Source of the DNA: the human T2T-CHM13v2.0 reference genome, Homo sapiens | Strand: one strand, 5' to 3' | Assembly: GCF_009914755.1 (NCBI RefSeq) | Contig: NC_060929.1 | Length of the DNA stretch: 64,000 nt | Made by a program: the position numbers and the translations under genes | Notes under the pieces: model-generated | What the model saw: only the letters and a program-made list of their open reading frames with translations | The model's database searches: none | What the model was told of the DNA's origin: nothing | Shown: piece by piece, positions 45,901-59,708 of the stretch | How the letters are laid out: the number at the start of each line of letters is the position of its first letter | Position numbering within the stretch: the first letter of the stretch is position 1

Positions 45901-48480
45901 TAGGATTGCAACCCCTGCTATTTTGCTATTTTGCTTGGTAAATTTTCCTCCGTCACTTTATTTTGAGCCTATGTGTGTCTTTGCATGTGAGATGGATCTC
46001 TTGAATGCAGCACACTGATGAGTCTTGACTCTATCCAATTTGCCAGTCTGTGTCTTTTAATTGGGGCATTTAGTCCATTTACATTTAAGGTTAATATTGT
46101 TATGTGTGAATTTGATCCTGTCATCATGAGGCTAGCTGGTTATTTTACACACTAGTTGATGCAGCTTCTTCATCGTGTCATTGGTCTTTATATTTTGTGT
46201 GTTTTTGCAGTGACTTGTACTGGTTTTTCCTTTCCATATTTAGGGCTTCCTTCAGGAGCTCTTGCAAGGCAGGTCTGGTGGTGATGAATTCCCTCAGCAT
46301 TTGCTTCTCTGAAAAGGATTTTATTTCTACTTTGCTTATGATGCTTAGTTTAGCCAGATATGAAATTCTGGGCTGAAAATTCTTTTAAGAATGTTGAATA
46401 TTGGTTCCCACTCTCTTCTGGCTTGTTGAATTTCTGCTAAGAGATCTGCCTTCTATTAGTCTGATGAGCTTCCCTTTGTAGGTGACCTCACCTTTCTCTC
46501 TGGCTGCCATAACATTTTTCCTTCATTTCGACCTTGGAGAATCTGATGATTACGTGTCTTGGGGTTGATCTTCTCATGGAATATCTTAGTGGGGTTCTCT
46601 GTATTTCCTAAATTTGAATGTTGGCCTGTCTTGCTAGTTTGGGGAAGTTCTCCTGGATAAAATCCTTAAGTGTGTTATCCAACTTGGTTCCCCTCTCCCC
46701 ATCTCTTTCAGGTATTCCAATCAGTCATAAGTTCAGTCTTTTTACATAGTCCCATATTTCTCAGAGGTTGTGTTCGTTCCTTTTCATTCTTTTCCTCTAA
46801 TCTTGGCTGTCTCCCTTATTTCAGCAAGATGGTCTTCAATCTCTAATATTCTTTCTTCTGCTTGATCAACTTGGATATTGATATTGTGTATGCTTCACAA
46901 AGTTCTCATGCTTTATTTTTCAGCTCCATCAGGTCATTTATGTTCCTCTCTAAACTGGTTATTCTAGTTAGCATCTCCTGTAGCCTTTCATCAAGGTTCT
47001 TAGCTTCTTTGCATTGGGTTAGAACATGAGCCTTTACCTCAGCAAAGTTTGTTCTTGCCCACCTTCTGAAGTCTACTTCTGTCAATTCATCCATCTCATT
47101 CTCCATCCAGTACTGCACCCTTGTTGGGGAGGTGTTGCAATTATTTGGAAAACAGGCACTCTGGTCTTTTGGGTTTTCAGTGTTTTTTTTCATTGATCCT
47201 TTCTCATCTTCATGAATTTGTCTAGTTTCTATCTTTGAGGCTGCTGACCCTTGGATGAGGTTTTTGTGGGGACATTTTTTGTTCATGCTGTTGTTGCTTT
47301 TTTTTTTTTTCAATAGTCAGGTCCCTTTTCTGTAGGCCTGCTGCAGTTTGCTGGTGGCTCACTTCAGGCCTTAGTCATCTGTTTTGCTTCCATGCCTGGA
47401 GATGTCACTCAAGGAGGCTGGAGAACAGCAAAGATGGGTGCCTGCTCCTTCTTCTGGGATCTCAGACCTTGAGGGTCACTTACCTGATGCCAGTAGGAAT
47501 GCTCCTTTATAGGGTGTCTGACAACCCCTGTTGGGGTGGTCTCAACCAGTTGGGTGGCACAGGAAGCAGGATCCATTTAACAAAGCAATTTGGCTGTCCT
47601 TAGTGGATGGGGTGTGCTGTGCTGAGGGAATACCCACTCGTCTGGGCTGCCTGGATTCCTCAAAGCTAGCAGGAGGAAAGACTAAGTCTGTTGGTCCATG
47701 GAGATTATGGTCACCCCTTCCACTAGGGGCTCAGGCCCACGGAGGTCAGAGTTCTGTCTGTGAGCCCTGGGCTGGAGTTGTTGGAGTTCCTGCAGGCAGG
47801 TCCTGCCCAAGGAGGAGGGATGTATCAGGGTCTGGCCTGAAGAGGCAATCTGGCCATGGTCTGCCACAACCGGTGTGCTGGGCTGTGGGGATACCTCTTG
47901 GGTCCAGCCATCCAGCCTCCCTGGATCCAGCAGGGTAAAAGTGCAGCCCAGAGCTATAGTGATAGCTGCTGCCCTTCCCCACAAAGAGCTTAGTGTGTTA
48001 GGTAGCTAGCAGCTGCAGTGTTGGCTGCCATCCCTTCCCCAAGGAGCTCAGATGGCTTAGACCGCAGGCAGCCACAGAAGTGGCAATAGCTGTCCCTCGC
48101 CTCAGGAACTCAGCAGGCACAGGCAGATTCTAGCTGAGTGGTTTTTGAGAATCTGCATGGCTCTGTGGTTGGAACCCAAGGTCCTGGTGGTGCTGTACAG
48201 TTCCGTGGAAAAAGGATGGTTCACCAGGCTTGGTAGCATGTTCACTCACTGCCTTCCTTGGCTGTGGATGAGGGCTCCCCTGCCCCATGTGGCTCTCAGG
48301 TGGGCCGTCACACTACACAGATCTTCCTTCATCTCCATGGGTCGTGCCAGCCACCTAGTCAGTCCTGATGACAGAACCTGGATCTTATTTGCCATTGCAG
48401 GATTCGGACGCTATTTTGGTTCTTTTCAATGAGAGCCTCCAATTGCTGCTGCTTCTAGTCTGCCATCTTGGCCTCACTAA
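39918..48480 (-). mobile_element. Near full-length L1PA8A-11-like LINE-1 containing a THE1 provirus and a local rearrangement
   Basis: 3' UTR gttttaagccccatatgcatcagctatttgtcctgatgc; fragmented ORF2 and ORF1 (46906-47313); 5' UTR ending tgccatcttggc (YY1 motif); degenerate TSD ccagctttgttctttt / ccagttatgttctttt. Confidence 0.88.
41553..43839 (+). mobile_element. Complete THE1B MaLR provirus (LTR 41553-41918, internal region, LTR 43476-43839)
   Basis: Two ~365-bp direct LTRs around a ~1.56-kb THE1-int; degenerate 5-bp TSD atgtc/acaac; L1 sequence is continuous across it. Confidence 0.93.
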
Positions 48481-49023
48481 TCCCAGTTATGTTCTTTTTG
48501 CTCAAGACTGATTTGACTATTCATTCTTTTGTGGTCCCACTCAAATTTTAGAATTGTTTTTCATATTTCTGTGAAAAATGTTGTTGAAATTTTGATAGGG
48601 ACTGCACTGAATCTATACAGCACTTTGTGTTGTATGAACTTTTAAACATTAATTCTTCCAATCCATGAACATGGGATATTTTTTCATTTGCATATTCTTC
48701 AATTTCTTTCTTCAATGTTTTATAGATTTCAGTATACAGAACTTTCACCTCCAAAGTATTTTTTTGCATTATTGTAAATGGGACTTCCTTGATTTCTTTT
48801 TCAGATGGTTGTTAGTGTATAGAAACAATAATGATTTTTGTACACTGAGTTTGTATCCTGTAACTGTATTAAGTTTATTAGTTCAAACAGCTTTTGGTGG
48901 GTCTTTAGGATTTTCTATATATGAGATCATGTCATCTGCAAACAAATAATTTTACTTCTTCCATTCTGATTTGGATGCCTTTTTCTTTTTCTTGCCTAAC
49001 TGCTCTAGCTAAGACTTCTAATA

Positions 49024-49297
49024 CAGTTGTCCCTTGGAATCAGCAGGAGATTGGCTTCGGGACCCCTCAAGGATAACAAAAATCTGTGGATGTTCAAGTC
49101 TCTTATATAACATGGTACAGTATTTGGAAATACCTATGCATATCCTCCTGTATAGTTTAATTTTTAGATTACTTATAACTAAATGTTAAATAGGTATTTT
49201 TGTATTTTTTATTGTATGTTATTTTGTTTAAATATTTTTCATCTATGATTGGTTGAATCCATGGATGTAAAACCTGCAGATATGGAGAAACAATGGT
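49024..49297. mobile_element. MER2 (TcMar-Tigger) MITE
   Basis: TA-flanked cagttgtcccttggaatc...ggttgaatccatggatgtaaaacctgcagatatggag. Confidence 0.85.
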
Positions 49298-52200
49298 ACT
49301 GTATTGAATAGCAGTCATGAGGGTGGGCACCATTGTCTTTAAAAGCTTTCAGATTTTCACCACTGAGTATGATATTAGCTTTGGCTTATCATACATGACC
49401 TTTATTATGTTGAGGTACATTCTTTCTATACCTAATTTGTTGAGAGATGTTATCATGAAAAAATATTTATGTCAAATGCTCATGAAAAAATATTTATGTC
49501 AAATGCTCTTTCTGCATTGATTGAGATGACCATATAACTTTATCCTTCAATTCTATTCAATTCTATCATACTGATTAATTTGTGTATATTGAGACATCTT
49601 TGCACATCAGGGATAACTTCCATTTGTTCATGGTATGTAAACCTTTTAATGTATTATTGGACTCAATTTGCTAGTATTTTGTTGTGAATACTTGCATCTA
49701 TGTTCATCAGGAATATTGGCCTATAATTTTCTTTCCTTGTAGTTTCCTTATCTAGCTTTGGTATCAGGGTAACAGTAGTTTTGCACAATGAGTATGGAAA
49801 TGTTTCTTCCTTTTCAATTTTTTGGAAGAGTTTGAGAAAGGCTGGTGTTAATTCGTCATTAAATGTTTGGTAGAATTCCCCAGTGGAACCATCAGGTTTT
49901 GGTCTTTTGTTTGCTGGGTTTTTGATTACTGATTCAATATCTTTACTTGTTATATTGCTTTGTTCAGGTTTTCTATTTCTTCATGATTCAATCTTGATGG
50001 TTTGTATATTCCCAGGAATTTATCAATTTCTTCTAGGTTATCCGATTTGTTGGCATATAATTTTTCACAGTAGAGTCTTATGCTCCTTTCTATTTTGCTG
50101 ATATCAGTGATCATATTTATTCTCACATTTATAATTTTGAGTCTTTTCTCTTTTTTCTTACGTCTCACTAAGGGCTTATCAATTTTGTTTATGTTTTCTA
50201 AACACTAACTCTTCATTTCATTGACATTTACTATTTTTCTAGTCTCTATTTTGCTTATTTCTGCTCTGTCATTTATCTCCTTTTTTCTGCTTTGTGCTTA
50301 AGTTCTTTTTCTAGTCCTTGAGATGTAGAGTCAGGTCATTTCTTTTTAAAAAAATGCTATAACCTACTCTCTTAGAACTGCTTTTGGTCTCTCTCATAAG
50401 GTCTGGTTATTTTGTTTCCCTTTTGTCTCAAGATATTTTTACATTTCAGTATTGAGTTCTTTTTTGACCCACTGGTTGTTCAGGAGTTATGTTAATTTCT
50501 ACATACTTGCAAATTTTTCAGTCTTCCCCATTTTGGATTTCTAGTTTCATACCACTTGAGTCAAAAAAGATACCTGATATACTTTTAATATCTTCCTAAA
50601 TTCATTAACACTTGTTTTGTGGCTTAACATGACCTATCCTGGAGACTGTCCTGTACTTACGTCAAAGGAATGTGTATTCTGCTACTAATGAATAGGAATG
50701 TTCTGCATATATCTGTTAGATCCAATTGGTCTATACTGCTGTTCAAGTCTGCTGTTTCCATGTTGATTTTCTGCCTGGATGATCTATCCATTAGCGAAAG
50801 TAGGGCATTAAAGTTTCCAACTATTACTGTATTGCTATTTCTTCATTAATTCTGTTACTATTTGCTTTATATATTTAGGTGCTCCAATGTTGGGTGTATA
50901 TATATTTGCAATTGCAGTATCTTCCTGATGAATTGACCCCTTTATCATTATATAATAACCTCGTCTTTTGTGAAAGCTTTGGACTTAAAGTCTATTTTGT
51001 GTGATGTAAGTGTAGCCATTGTGCTCTCCTTTGATTACCATTTGCATGGAATATATTTTTCCATCCTGTCACTTTTAGTCTATGTGCATCCTTAATCTGA
51101 AGTCTCCTCTAGTCACCATATAGTTAGAGTTTGTTTTTCTTAATCTATTCAGTCACTCTGTATTTTGATGGAAGAATTTAATGTATTTAAAGTAACTGCT
51201 GATAGCTATGGATGTGCTACTGTTATTTTGTTCATTGTTTTCACTGTTTTGTAGGTCCTTTTCCCTCTCTTCCTCTTTCTGTCTTCCTTTGTGATATAAC
51301 AATGTCTTGCGGCGGTATACTGTGACTCCTTTCTCTTTATCCTTTTTGTGTATCTACTACAGGTTTTTCCTTTGTGGTTACCATGATGCACATCTGAAAC
51401 ATCTTATAGTTATATCAGTCTATGTTAAGCTGATAACAACTTAATTCTGATTACATACAAAAACTACACTTTTAAAATTTCTTCTCTCCCCACGTTTTGT
51501 TATTAATATCACATCTTTAGATAATGTGTAGCCATTAACACATTATTGTAGCTAGTTTAAGAAATATTTTTGTCTTTTAACTTTCATACTAGAGTTATAA
51601 GCAATTTACACACCATTACAGTATTCTGAATTTGACTATGTTCCTACCTTTACAGTAAGTTTAATACTTTCATATGTTTTCATGTTGTTAGCTAGCATCT
51701 TTTATTTCAACTTGAAGAACTCCCATTAGAATTTTCTGTGAGACAGGTCTAGTGTGTCAAATTCCCACAGCTTTTTTTCTGGGCAAGTTTTTGTCTCTTC
51801 TACATTTATGAAGGACAGCTTTGTTGGGTATAGTATTCTTGGTTGAGTTTCTTTGGCTAAATATCTCATTCCACTCTCCTGGTCTGCAAGGTATCTGGTG
51901 ATAGTTTTATGAAGGTTCTTTTGCATGTAATGTTGCTTTTCTGTTGCTGCTTTAAAAGTTTGAGAACTTGATTATGTTTCAGTGAAGATTTCTTTATACT
52001 TCTTCTATGTGGTGTTCCTTGGGATTCCTAGATAAGGATGTTCACTTCCGTCTCCAGATTTGGAAAGTTTTCTGTCTTTATCTCTTTTAAAAAGCTTTCT
52101 TCCTTTTTCTCTGTCTCTGCTTCTTCTAGAATTCCCATAATGAACATTTTTGTTTACTTGATGGTGTCTCAAAGGCCCATAGGCTTTCTTCACTTTTGTT

Positions 52201-53990
52201 TCCTCTAACAAGGTAATTTCAAAGGCTCTGTCTTTCGGCTTGTTGATTCTTTATTTTGCTTGATCAAGTATGCTCTTGAAGTTCTTTGTTGAATTTGTCA
52301 GTGCAGTTACTGTGTTTTTGAGTTCTAAAGTTTAATTTTAAATATGCTTTCTCTCTTTTTGTTAAACTTCTCATTTTCTTCATGTAAATTTCCTGATTTT
52401 GGTTAGTTGTCTGTGCCCTCTTGTAGCTCATTTGGCTTGTTTTAGATAATTGTGTTGAATTCTTTCTCAGGCAGTTTTTAGATGGCGATTTATTTATGGT
52501 CATTTACTGGTGCTTTTTTGTTGTTGTTCTTCTGGTGGCATCATGTTTCCCTGATTATTCAGGATTCTTGCAGTCTGTGTTGCTACCTGCACATTAAAAA
52601 AAATAGGCACCTCTTCCAGTCTTCATAGACTGGCTTTGGCAGAGAAAGCCCTTCACCAGTCTGCCAGTCTAGAGGTTCATGGTGGGCAATCTAGTGGGGT
52701 CCTCATGGGGGGCTGGCCTGATGCTTGGGTCCTCAGGGGCCAGCCTGCCCTCTGAGGTCTACTGGGGAAGACCTGGACCCTGAACCACAGGGACTGTCCT
52801 GGAGCCTGGAACTGTGGATGCCTACCTGGAGCACCATTTTAAATTGTACATTTCAGTAGATTTTAGTATATTCAAAGTTATGAAACCATCGCTAGTAAGT
52901 TTAGAACACTGTTGTCACCACAAAAAGAAACCCCATACCAATTAGCACTGTGTAGCTATGTTTCACCTTTGTAGGAAAGATGTGCATAACTTTGCAGCAA
53001 CTTTTGAGATCTAATGCTCAGTTCATGTTTTCCTTCCCTTGTCATGGTGAGCTGTTATTCCAGAGATGGGGAACCATGGCCCCACATCCAGCAGTGGTGA
53101 TGAAAATGCAGACAAGCCCTTGATGAACTAAGAGAAATATGTGGGGTGTCCAAGAAATAAAGCTTTGTTAAATTACTAAGATTTTGGAAGTGGTTTGCAG
53201 ACACAGAATAATCTAGCCTAACATGACTAATAAACACAGGATAAAAGTCTGTTTAATGAGAAACTACTTAGGAGAAGCAAAAATTAAAAAAAATATGTTT
53301 AGAGTTGGTTATTTTAAAATGACTCTGAATACTAATCACCTTCTTGAAATGGGGGGAAAAGAGGCTGATTTTGAGTCAGATAATCATTAAAAAGAAGTTA
53401 CTTCATTTGAGCTAAGAAAAAGCCACTTATATTTACCAAAAAGATATTCTAATATGACTCTTTTCTAAACTTTGCTCTTCTGAGGAAAGCAGGATAGGTA
53501 GCACTGTTTGATACAATTACGCTTTTTTAAAAAAAGTTTTGTTTTTTTTTTCTTCCTGGAATTCTGTTTGAAATTTATTTGGTCTGTGGTATAAGATGAG
53601 GTCCTAGATTCACACCCTACCCTAAACACTTTTCCTTTAGCCTATATTAAACATAATCTTTCTTCTTAAATGAGTAATCAGAATACTCCAGGTCTCCATC
53701 TTTGATATCACATCACTGTTCAGTATGGTTGTGAAATATAATATGTGCGATATTCTGTAATGATCTTAAGACAGACTCCATTCATTACCAATGCTACAGG
53801 CCCAGTTTAGGTTTTTAGTATTCGTCATCACTGCGAAGTCCTCTCAACTAATCTCCATGCCTTGTTTTCTCCTCTTCTAATCTGTTCTTTACTAGTTGCC
53901 AGATTAAACTTCCAAAAACACAGTTCTGATTATGACAGTTTCCTATACAAAGTTTTTGCTCTCAGAAAAGAAATAATTTAGCCAGGCATT

Positions 53991-54437
53991 TGTATTATTG
54001 CTAGAGCTACTGTAACAAAGTCCCACAAACTGGATGGCTGAAACAATAGAATTTTATTGTCTCACAGTTCTGGAGGCAAAAGTCTGAGATAAGGTATTGA
54101 CAGGGTTGGTCTTCTGAGGAATGAGGAAAAATGTATTCAATGCCTCTCCCCTAACTTCTGGTAGTTTTCTGGCAATCTCTGTCATTTCTTGGCATATAGA
54201 AACATAATCTTAAACTCTGCCTTTATCTTCACATGGCATTCTCCTTGAGTCTGTGTTCAAATTTTCCCCTTTTATCAGAACACCAGTAATACTGTATTAG
54301 AGCCCACCCTATTGAAATATGATCTCAACTAATTACACTTGCAACAACCTCATTTCCAAATAAGGTCACATTTTGAGGTGGTGGGGGTTAAGACTTCAAC
54401 ACAAATTTTGGGAGGGGCACATATCAATCCTTAATAG
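53991..54437 (-). mobile_element. MLT1C-like MaLR LTR within an L2 fragment
   Basis: tgtattattgctagagctactgtaacaaagtcccacaaactgg...ccaaataaggtcacattttgagg. Confidence 0.85.
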
Positions 54438-55010
54438 TATTCAAAGCTCTCCATAAGGTTTCCTACTTACCTTTTCAGCTTTATCCCTCATTATCTTGCT
54501 TCTTCACTTTATACCCGAGGCAGTGTAGACAACAAGAAGCCCTGCCTTTTTATGAATCATTACAATACTTTTCCATTTCTGTGTATTACTTCTCCCCTAA
54601 TTCTTTTGTATCCATTTACCAAATCCTATACATTCTTCAAGGTCAAGCTTAAATGATCCTTCTTCCATAAGGATAAACACAAATTTCCTATGTAAAAACA
54701 ACTTCTCTCTTTTTGCCTCCCTAAGTACATTATCTACACCTGTCTTCTGCAATTTAGCATGCCTTAACTTGTGTTGTACATGGCTTACATAGTTTATTAC
54801 CTACCAGACAGTAAGTCCTTTATAAGAATGAGGTACACGTTTGACTCATCTTTTACTTTTCCCACAGTTCTTTTCATAGTGCTTTAGAATAAATATTTAT
54901 TGAACAATATTTATTCTATATTTATGAATATCATAGAAATTACAGTTTAAAATCTTTGATACTGGTTATTTTATGATTTTATGATTGCAGAAAAAATTCT
55001 TAACGGATAC

Positions 55011-55310
55011 TTTTGTTGTTGTTGTTGAGACAGGTCTTGCCCTGTCGCCCAGGCTGGAGAGCTGTGGCATGAGCGCGGCTCACTGCAGCCTCGACCTCCT
55101 GGGGTCAAGCAATGCTCCTACTTCAGCCTCCTGAGTAGCTGGGACCGCAGGCATGTGCCACCACACCTGGCTAATTTTTAAACATTTTTCTGTAGAGATA
55201 GGGTCTCCCTGTGTTGCCCAGGCTGGTCTCGAACTCCTGGGGTCAAGTGATCATCCTGCCTTGGCTTCCCAAAGCGCTGGGATTACAGGTGTGGGCCACC
55301 ATGCCTGGTC
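55011..55310 (-). mobile_element. AluJ in the region downstream of the GIN1 stop (likely 3' UTR)
   Basis: Diverged Alu on the minus strand. Confidence 0.9.
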
Positions 55311-55932
55311 GATGGTTTTATCTTTAATATATAGTATGAAAATAAACAAATTGTTTCCCAACCAATACATAGTTTCAGACCCTAATCCTGACCCTATCTA
55401 ACCAATTAGATAATTTGAAATTACCAATATTCTGTGAAAGCCTATTAAATAACCCTATATTTTTTCATACAATCTTGTTTTTAGAAGTTCTAATGAAACA
55501 GAAAGAAGCTTCATTTCATTCATTGTTACAGTTGATTCAGTATTTATCAATTCCATTCAAGGTAGTTCAAACTTACTGTTTAAATGGTAGAGAATTTCAG
55601 AAAATTTAAAACTTAGAAACGGTGCCAAAACCATACAAAGGTTTGAGAGATTTGGGCTGGAATTTATTTCCCAAGAAGTAGGGGTGCTTTGCCTGTTCAC
55701 TTTTTAGAAGAAAAAGTGAATTCTATATATTACATGCTTCCTTTGCCTTCATATGTACGTATACTGATATTCAAATGTGGCATAATTTTAGATAAGAACT
55801 ATAAAATAAACCTTCAGAATATAGTCATTAAGAATGTGTCAAGATACTTCTTCTATACAACGTTTTTAATGAATAAGATATCATTAAGAATTTATATTCT
55901 AAACAAGCACTTTAAATAAATTTTGGTATTTA

Positions 55933-56207
55933 CTAACTTAAGTATTCAAGAACCTGGTTTGAAGAGTCCAACAGACTGAAAGTCTGCTTTTCAAGAGAAC
56001 TATGATCGTCTATCAATGGAGAGATTTTCGTATTTCTATATTCTAATAGTTCACGATCCTTGCTTGATGTCAGTAATTCATTATCGACTATACCAATAGT
56101 TGCATCTTCCACCAGAATATTTGCTTGATATGCTCCAATCGGAATTTCAGGCAATCCAATGTAGTCATGATCTGCCACTACTGAACCTTGCAAGAGATAA
56201 AGACTTT
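55933..56207 (-). CDS. GIN1: GIN1 (gypsy retrotransposon integrase-like protein 1), last coding exon
   Basis: Acceptor tttcttttttcAG (AG = 56209-56208), phase 1. Reads (E)SLYLLQGSVVADHDYIGLPEIPIGAYQANILVEDATIG...SSNQVLEYLS* with TAG at 55935-55933, recognised as the human GIN1 C-terminus. Confidence 0.92.
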
Positions 56208-56544
56208 CTGAAAAAAGAAAAATCATACATTTGACTTTTAGAATTATAATTAAACATATTTTTTAATTAAACAATTTTAAGTGAGGAACAAAATCCCAAG
56301 TAATAAAAATTAACTATCAAGATTAACTTCTAGGGAGTTATACTGTCTACTAAATATGAATGTCAAAGAATAAAAAAATGACATATAAATTTGACAGTTC
56401 ATACATAAACAATGCAGGAAAGGTCAAGGATTTTAAAACAGCCATTTTCCTGTTCCCTCAACCTGTCTTTGGTAGATATGTATATATGCGGACAACGGGA
56501 TAGAAGGAGTGAGAATTATGGTATAGATTAAAAATAAAATAATG

Positions 56545-56838
56545 AGGCTGTGCACAGTGCCTCATGCCTGTAATCTCAGCACTTTGGAAAGCCAAAGCCG
56601 GTAGATTGCTTAAGCCCAGGAGTTCAAGATCAGCTTGGCCAACATGGCGAAACCCCTTCTCTACAAAAAATACAAACAATTAGCAAGGTGTGGTTAAGGG
56701 TGTCTATGGTCCTAGCTACTTAGGAGGCTGAGATGGAAGGATCACTTGAGTCTGGGAGACTGAGGTTGCAGTGAGCCATGATGGCACCACTGCACTCCAG
56801 CATGGGTGACAGAGCAAAACCCTGTCTTAAAAAAAAAA
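56545..56838 (+). mobile_element. AluJ (GIN1 intron)
   Basis: Diverged Alu dimer with A tail. Confidence 0.9.
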
Positions 56839-57441
56839 TTATAAAACTATTTTTGATAATGTTATCCTTAATATGCTTCTGTAAAGCATTTCTGGGTGAA
56901 TTAATAGGGTCATATAATTATTTTAACAAATAGAATTATTAAATCCTTGCATTTACAACTTGAGATAATCTTCCAATCTTTATAAAACCCATATTGGAAA
57001 GATAATATCATCAAATTGTTACAGTATGAAGTTAAAAACAACATGCCAACTGAGGCTTATGTGATAATGTGTAAGAAGGCAGGCTGCCATGGAGTAGCTT
57101 AAAAAGCTTAGCTTATTTAAATCTAATTTGATACCAAAATTCTTAGGAACTTTTAAGGTCTACCTAAGCCATACTGAAGTACTGACAGGGAGTCTTCCTG
57201 GTCAGTGTTTTATTGTATGTTGAGCAAATTTATCATCACCATCAAGAAAAAAATGTTTAAAATGAATGTTAAACTGATGGCAAATCTTCTATACACAGAC
57301 TAATATGTATAAAAGGATTCCTCCCTTTCTGATATTTGAATTCATTACAATAAGAAACTCTTTTACCAAAGCTGATTAACTTCCTGGATCCCTACCTTCT
57401 CTTTCTAAATGTTCCCCCAAAACATCAGAATATAGATATAG

Positions 57442-57681
<240 letters not shown>

Positions 57682-58043
57682 TGAAGATGTTAATGGGTTA
57701 AGGAGCCCTCAAATTTTAAGACCAAAAAAGCAAAAGGAAGATTAATTGCCTATTTAGATTAGAGACCAATGGAAGTGTCTCAGAACAGATGAATTTGGTA
57801 GTATATTTTGAAAATCAATCCTACTGTACTCACCCTCATAACATTATTACAAATAGCTCACTGAACCTATTTCAACCCCAGAAATTCATGCATTTAACAA
57901 CTTTCAATTTATAAACTTTAACAGATCACACAAAGCTATTCTCTCTACCAAAAGATGGCATAAGTGGGCTTGGGCTTGTATGGCCATTTATTCTCCCATA
58001 ATTCTGAAAGACAAAAAAAAATAAAATAAAATAAAAATCATGC

Positions 58044-58335
<292 letters not shown>

Positions 58336-58934
58336 GAAAATCATGCAACACATGAGATGTGTTATACCCAATAGCAGCAAGAGGGAAGAAAACATGATCA
58401 ATAACATTGAAACACTTTCAGAATGTGTTGCTAGAGGTTTAACATCAAAGTTTGCAACTACCCTACTGTTAATACGAGAGAAGGCTAGGCGGTAGTTTAT
58501 AAGAGAACATTAAAAGGTTAGATAGGGTAAACGTGTTGCTGATGAAATTTTCTACTAAGTCATGGAGAATTCCATAGGTTCAAGGCCTGTACATTCCTAC
58601 AAAGTTATCAGTGATGGCAGTTACCATAGGCATTTAAGAAATGCCCAAAGACTCTTTCAGAGGATTAATGAAGGAGGTTTTCTGTCTGTAAAAGTTTTTT
58701 CATACAGATGAAGTAGGACTACTTTAGAAAAATATGTCTAGTAAACATATGTCAATAGGGAAAAATATGCCTAGATGTAAAGCTCTTAGAAATTTTCATT
58801 TTAATTTGCTGAAATGGATTCAGAGACCTTGAATTTGAGTACCACCTAGTTACACTGGTTAGAAACAAATGGACATACCAACCTCACTTGATTTTAAGAG
58901 AGCTTCTGTATGTAAGTAAAATAAGTCACACACG

Positions 58935-58935
58935 A

Positions 58936-58959
<24 letters not shown>
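58935..58959. repeat. (CA)n microsatellite
   Basis: acacacac... run. Confidence 0.9.
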
Positions 58960-58968
<9 letters not shown>

Positions 58969-59708
58969 TCTAAAAAAAGTTAACCTTTAAAGTAACTTAT
59001 TGTAATAAAACTGTAGAGAACAAGGACTACACACAGCAAATTCTACATAAATCACTTTATACACATAGAAAACCACTCTGAATATGTCAAAGGCCTGTTT
59101 GTTTACAAAAAAAATTCTCATTCATTTGCAAAGGTCAAATATGTTTCAACTCCTACTATGGTCTAAATCTACTGGAGCTAAGAGAAATGCTCTTTAATTT
59201 CAGTAAAGAGATCAGAAAAGAGACTCTTGTGGCCTTACATGTTGAACAAGTAATATTTTGGATACACTGGATTATATAAAATATATTATTAAGGTTATTT
59301 TCATTTATTTCTGTACTTTTCAAAATGTGGCTACTAGAAAATTTTAAATTACATAGCTCTTGTATTATTATTCATCTATTGGACAACACTAATCTAAAAC
59401 AATCATGAGTTAGGGATACAGAAAAGAATATGATTAAACTTTCTGCCCTCAAAACAGAGGCGGGGAGTAAGCAAACATATCATATTAAAGGTCTTTTCTA
59501 GTCAGCTACATTACACAGTACATTTCACTAAGTATTTATCTTTTCTCATTCCATTAATTTAGTTATGATTATGACATCTGTTTGATGAAAGCATCATTTT
59601 GGTTTTGACAAGACTGAATAAGTCTTTAGTTTCTTTGAAATCAAAATATTTTCAAGACATTTCAGGAAGGTATTAATCAGCAGTTTTGATATCCATTTCT
59701 AATGTAGG

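Larger units (their letters stand above)
38515..52830 (-). mobile_element. Long, old L1MA-like element interrupted by L1PA (39918-48480) and MER2
   Basis: L1MA-type 3' UTR at 38515-39100. Decayed ORF2 continues across the insert (gcctccagctttgttctttt...gttctttttgctcaag); decayed ORF1 and 5' region extend to ~52830. Confidence 0.8.

Noticed and set aside
47531-48432. ORFs in the older L1PA 5' UTR
   Set aside because: GC-rich UTR sequence with chance open frames.
56208-56226. ATG start of the listed 97-aa ORF
   Set aside because: MIFLFS is the intronic polypyrimidine tract; the exon begins at 56207.
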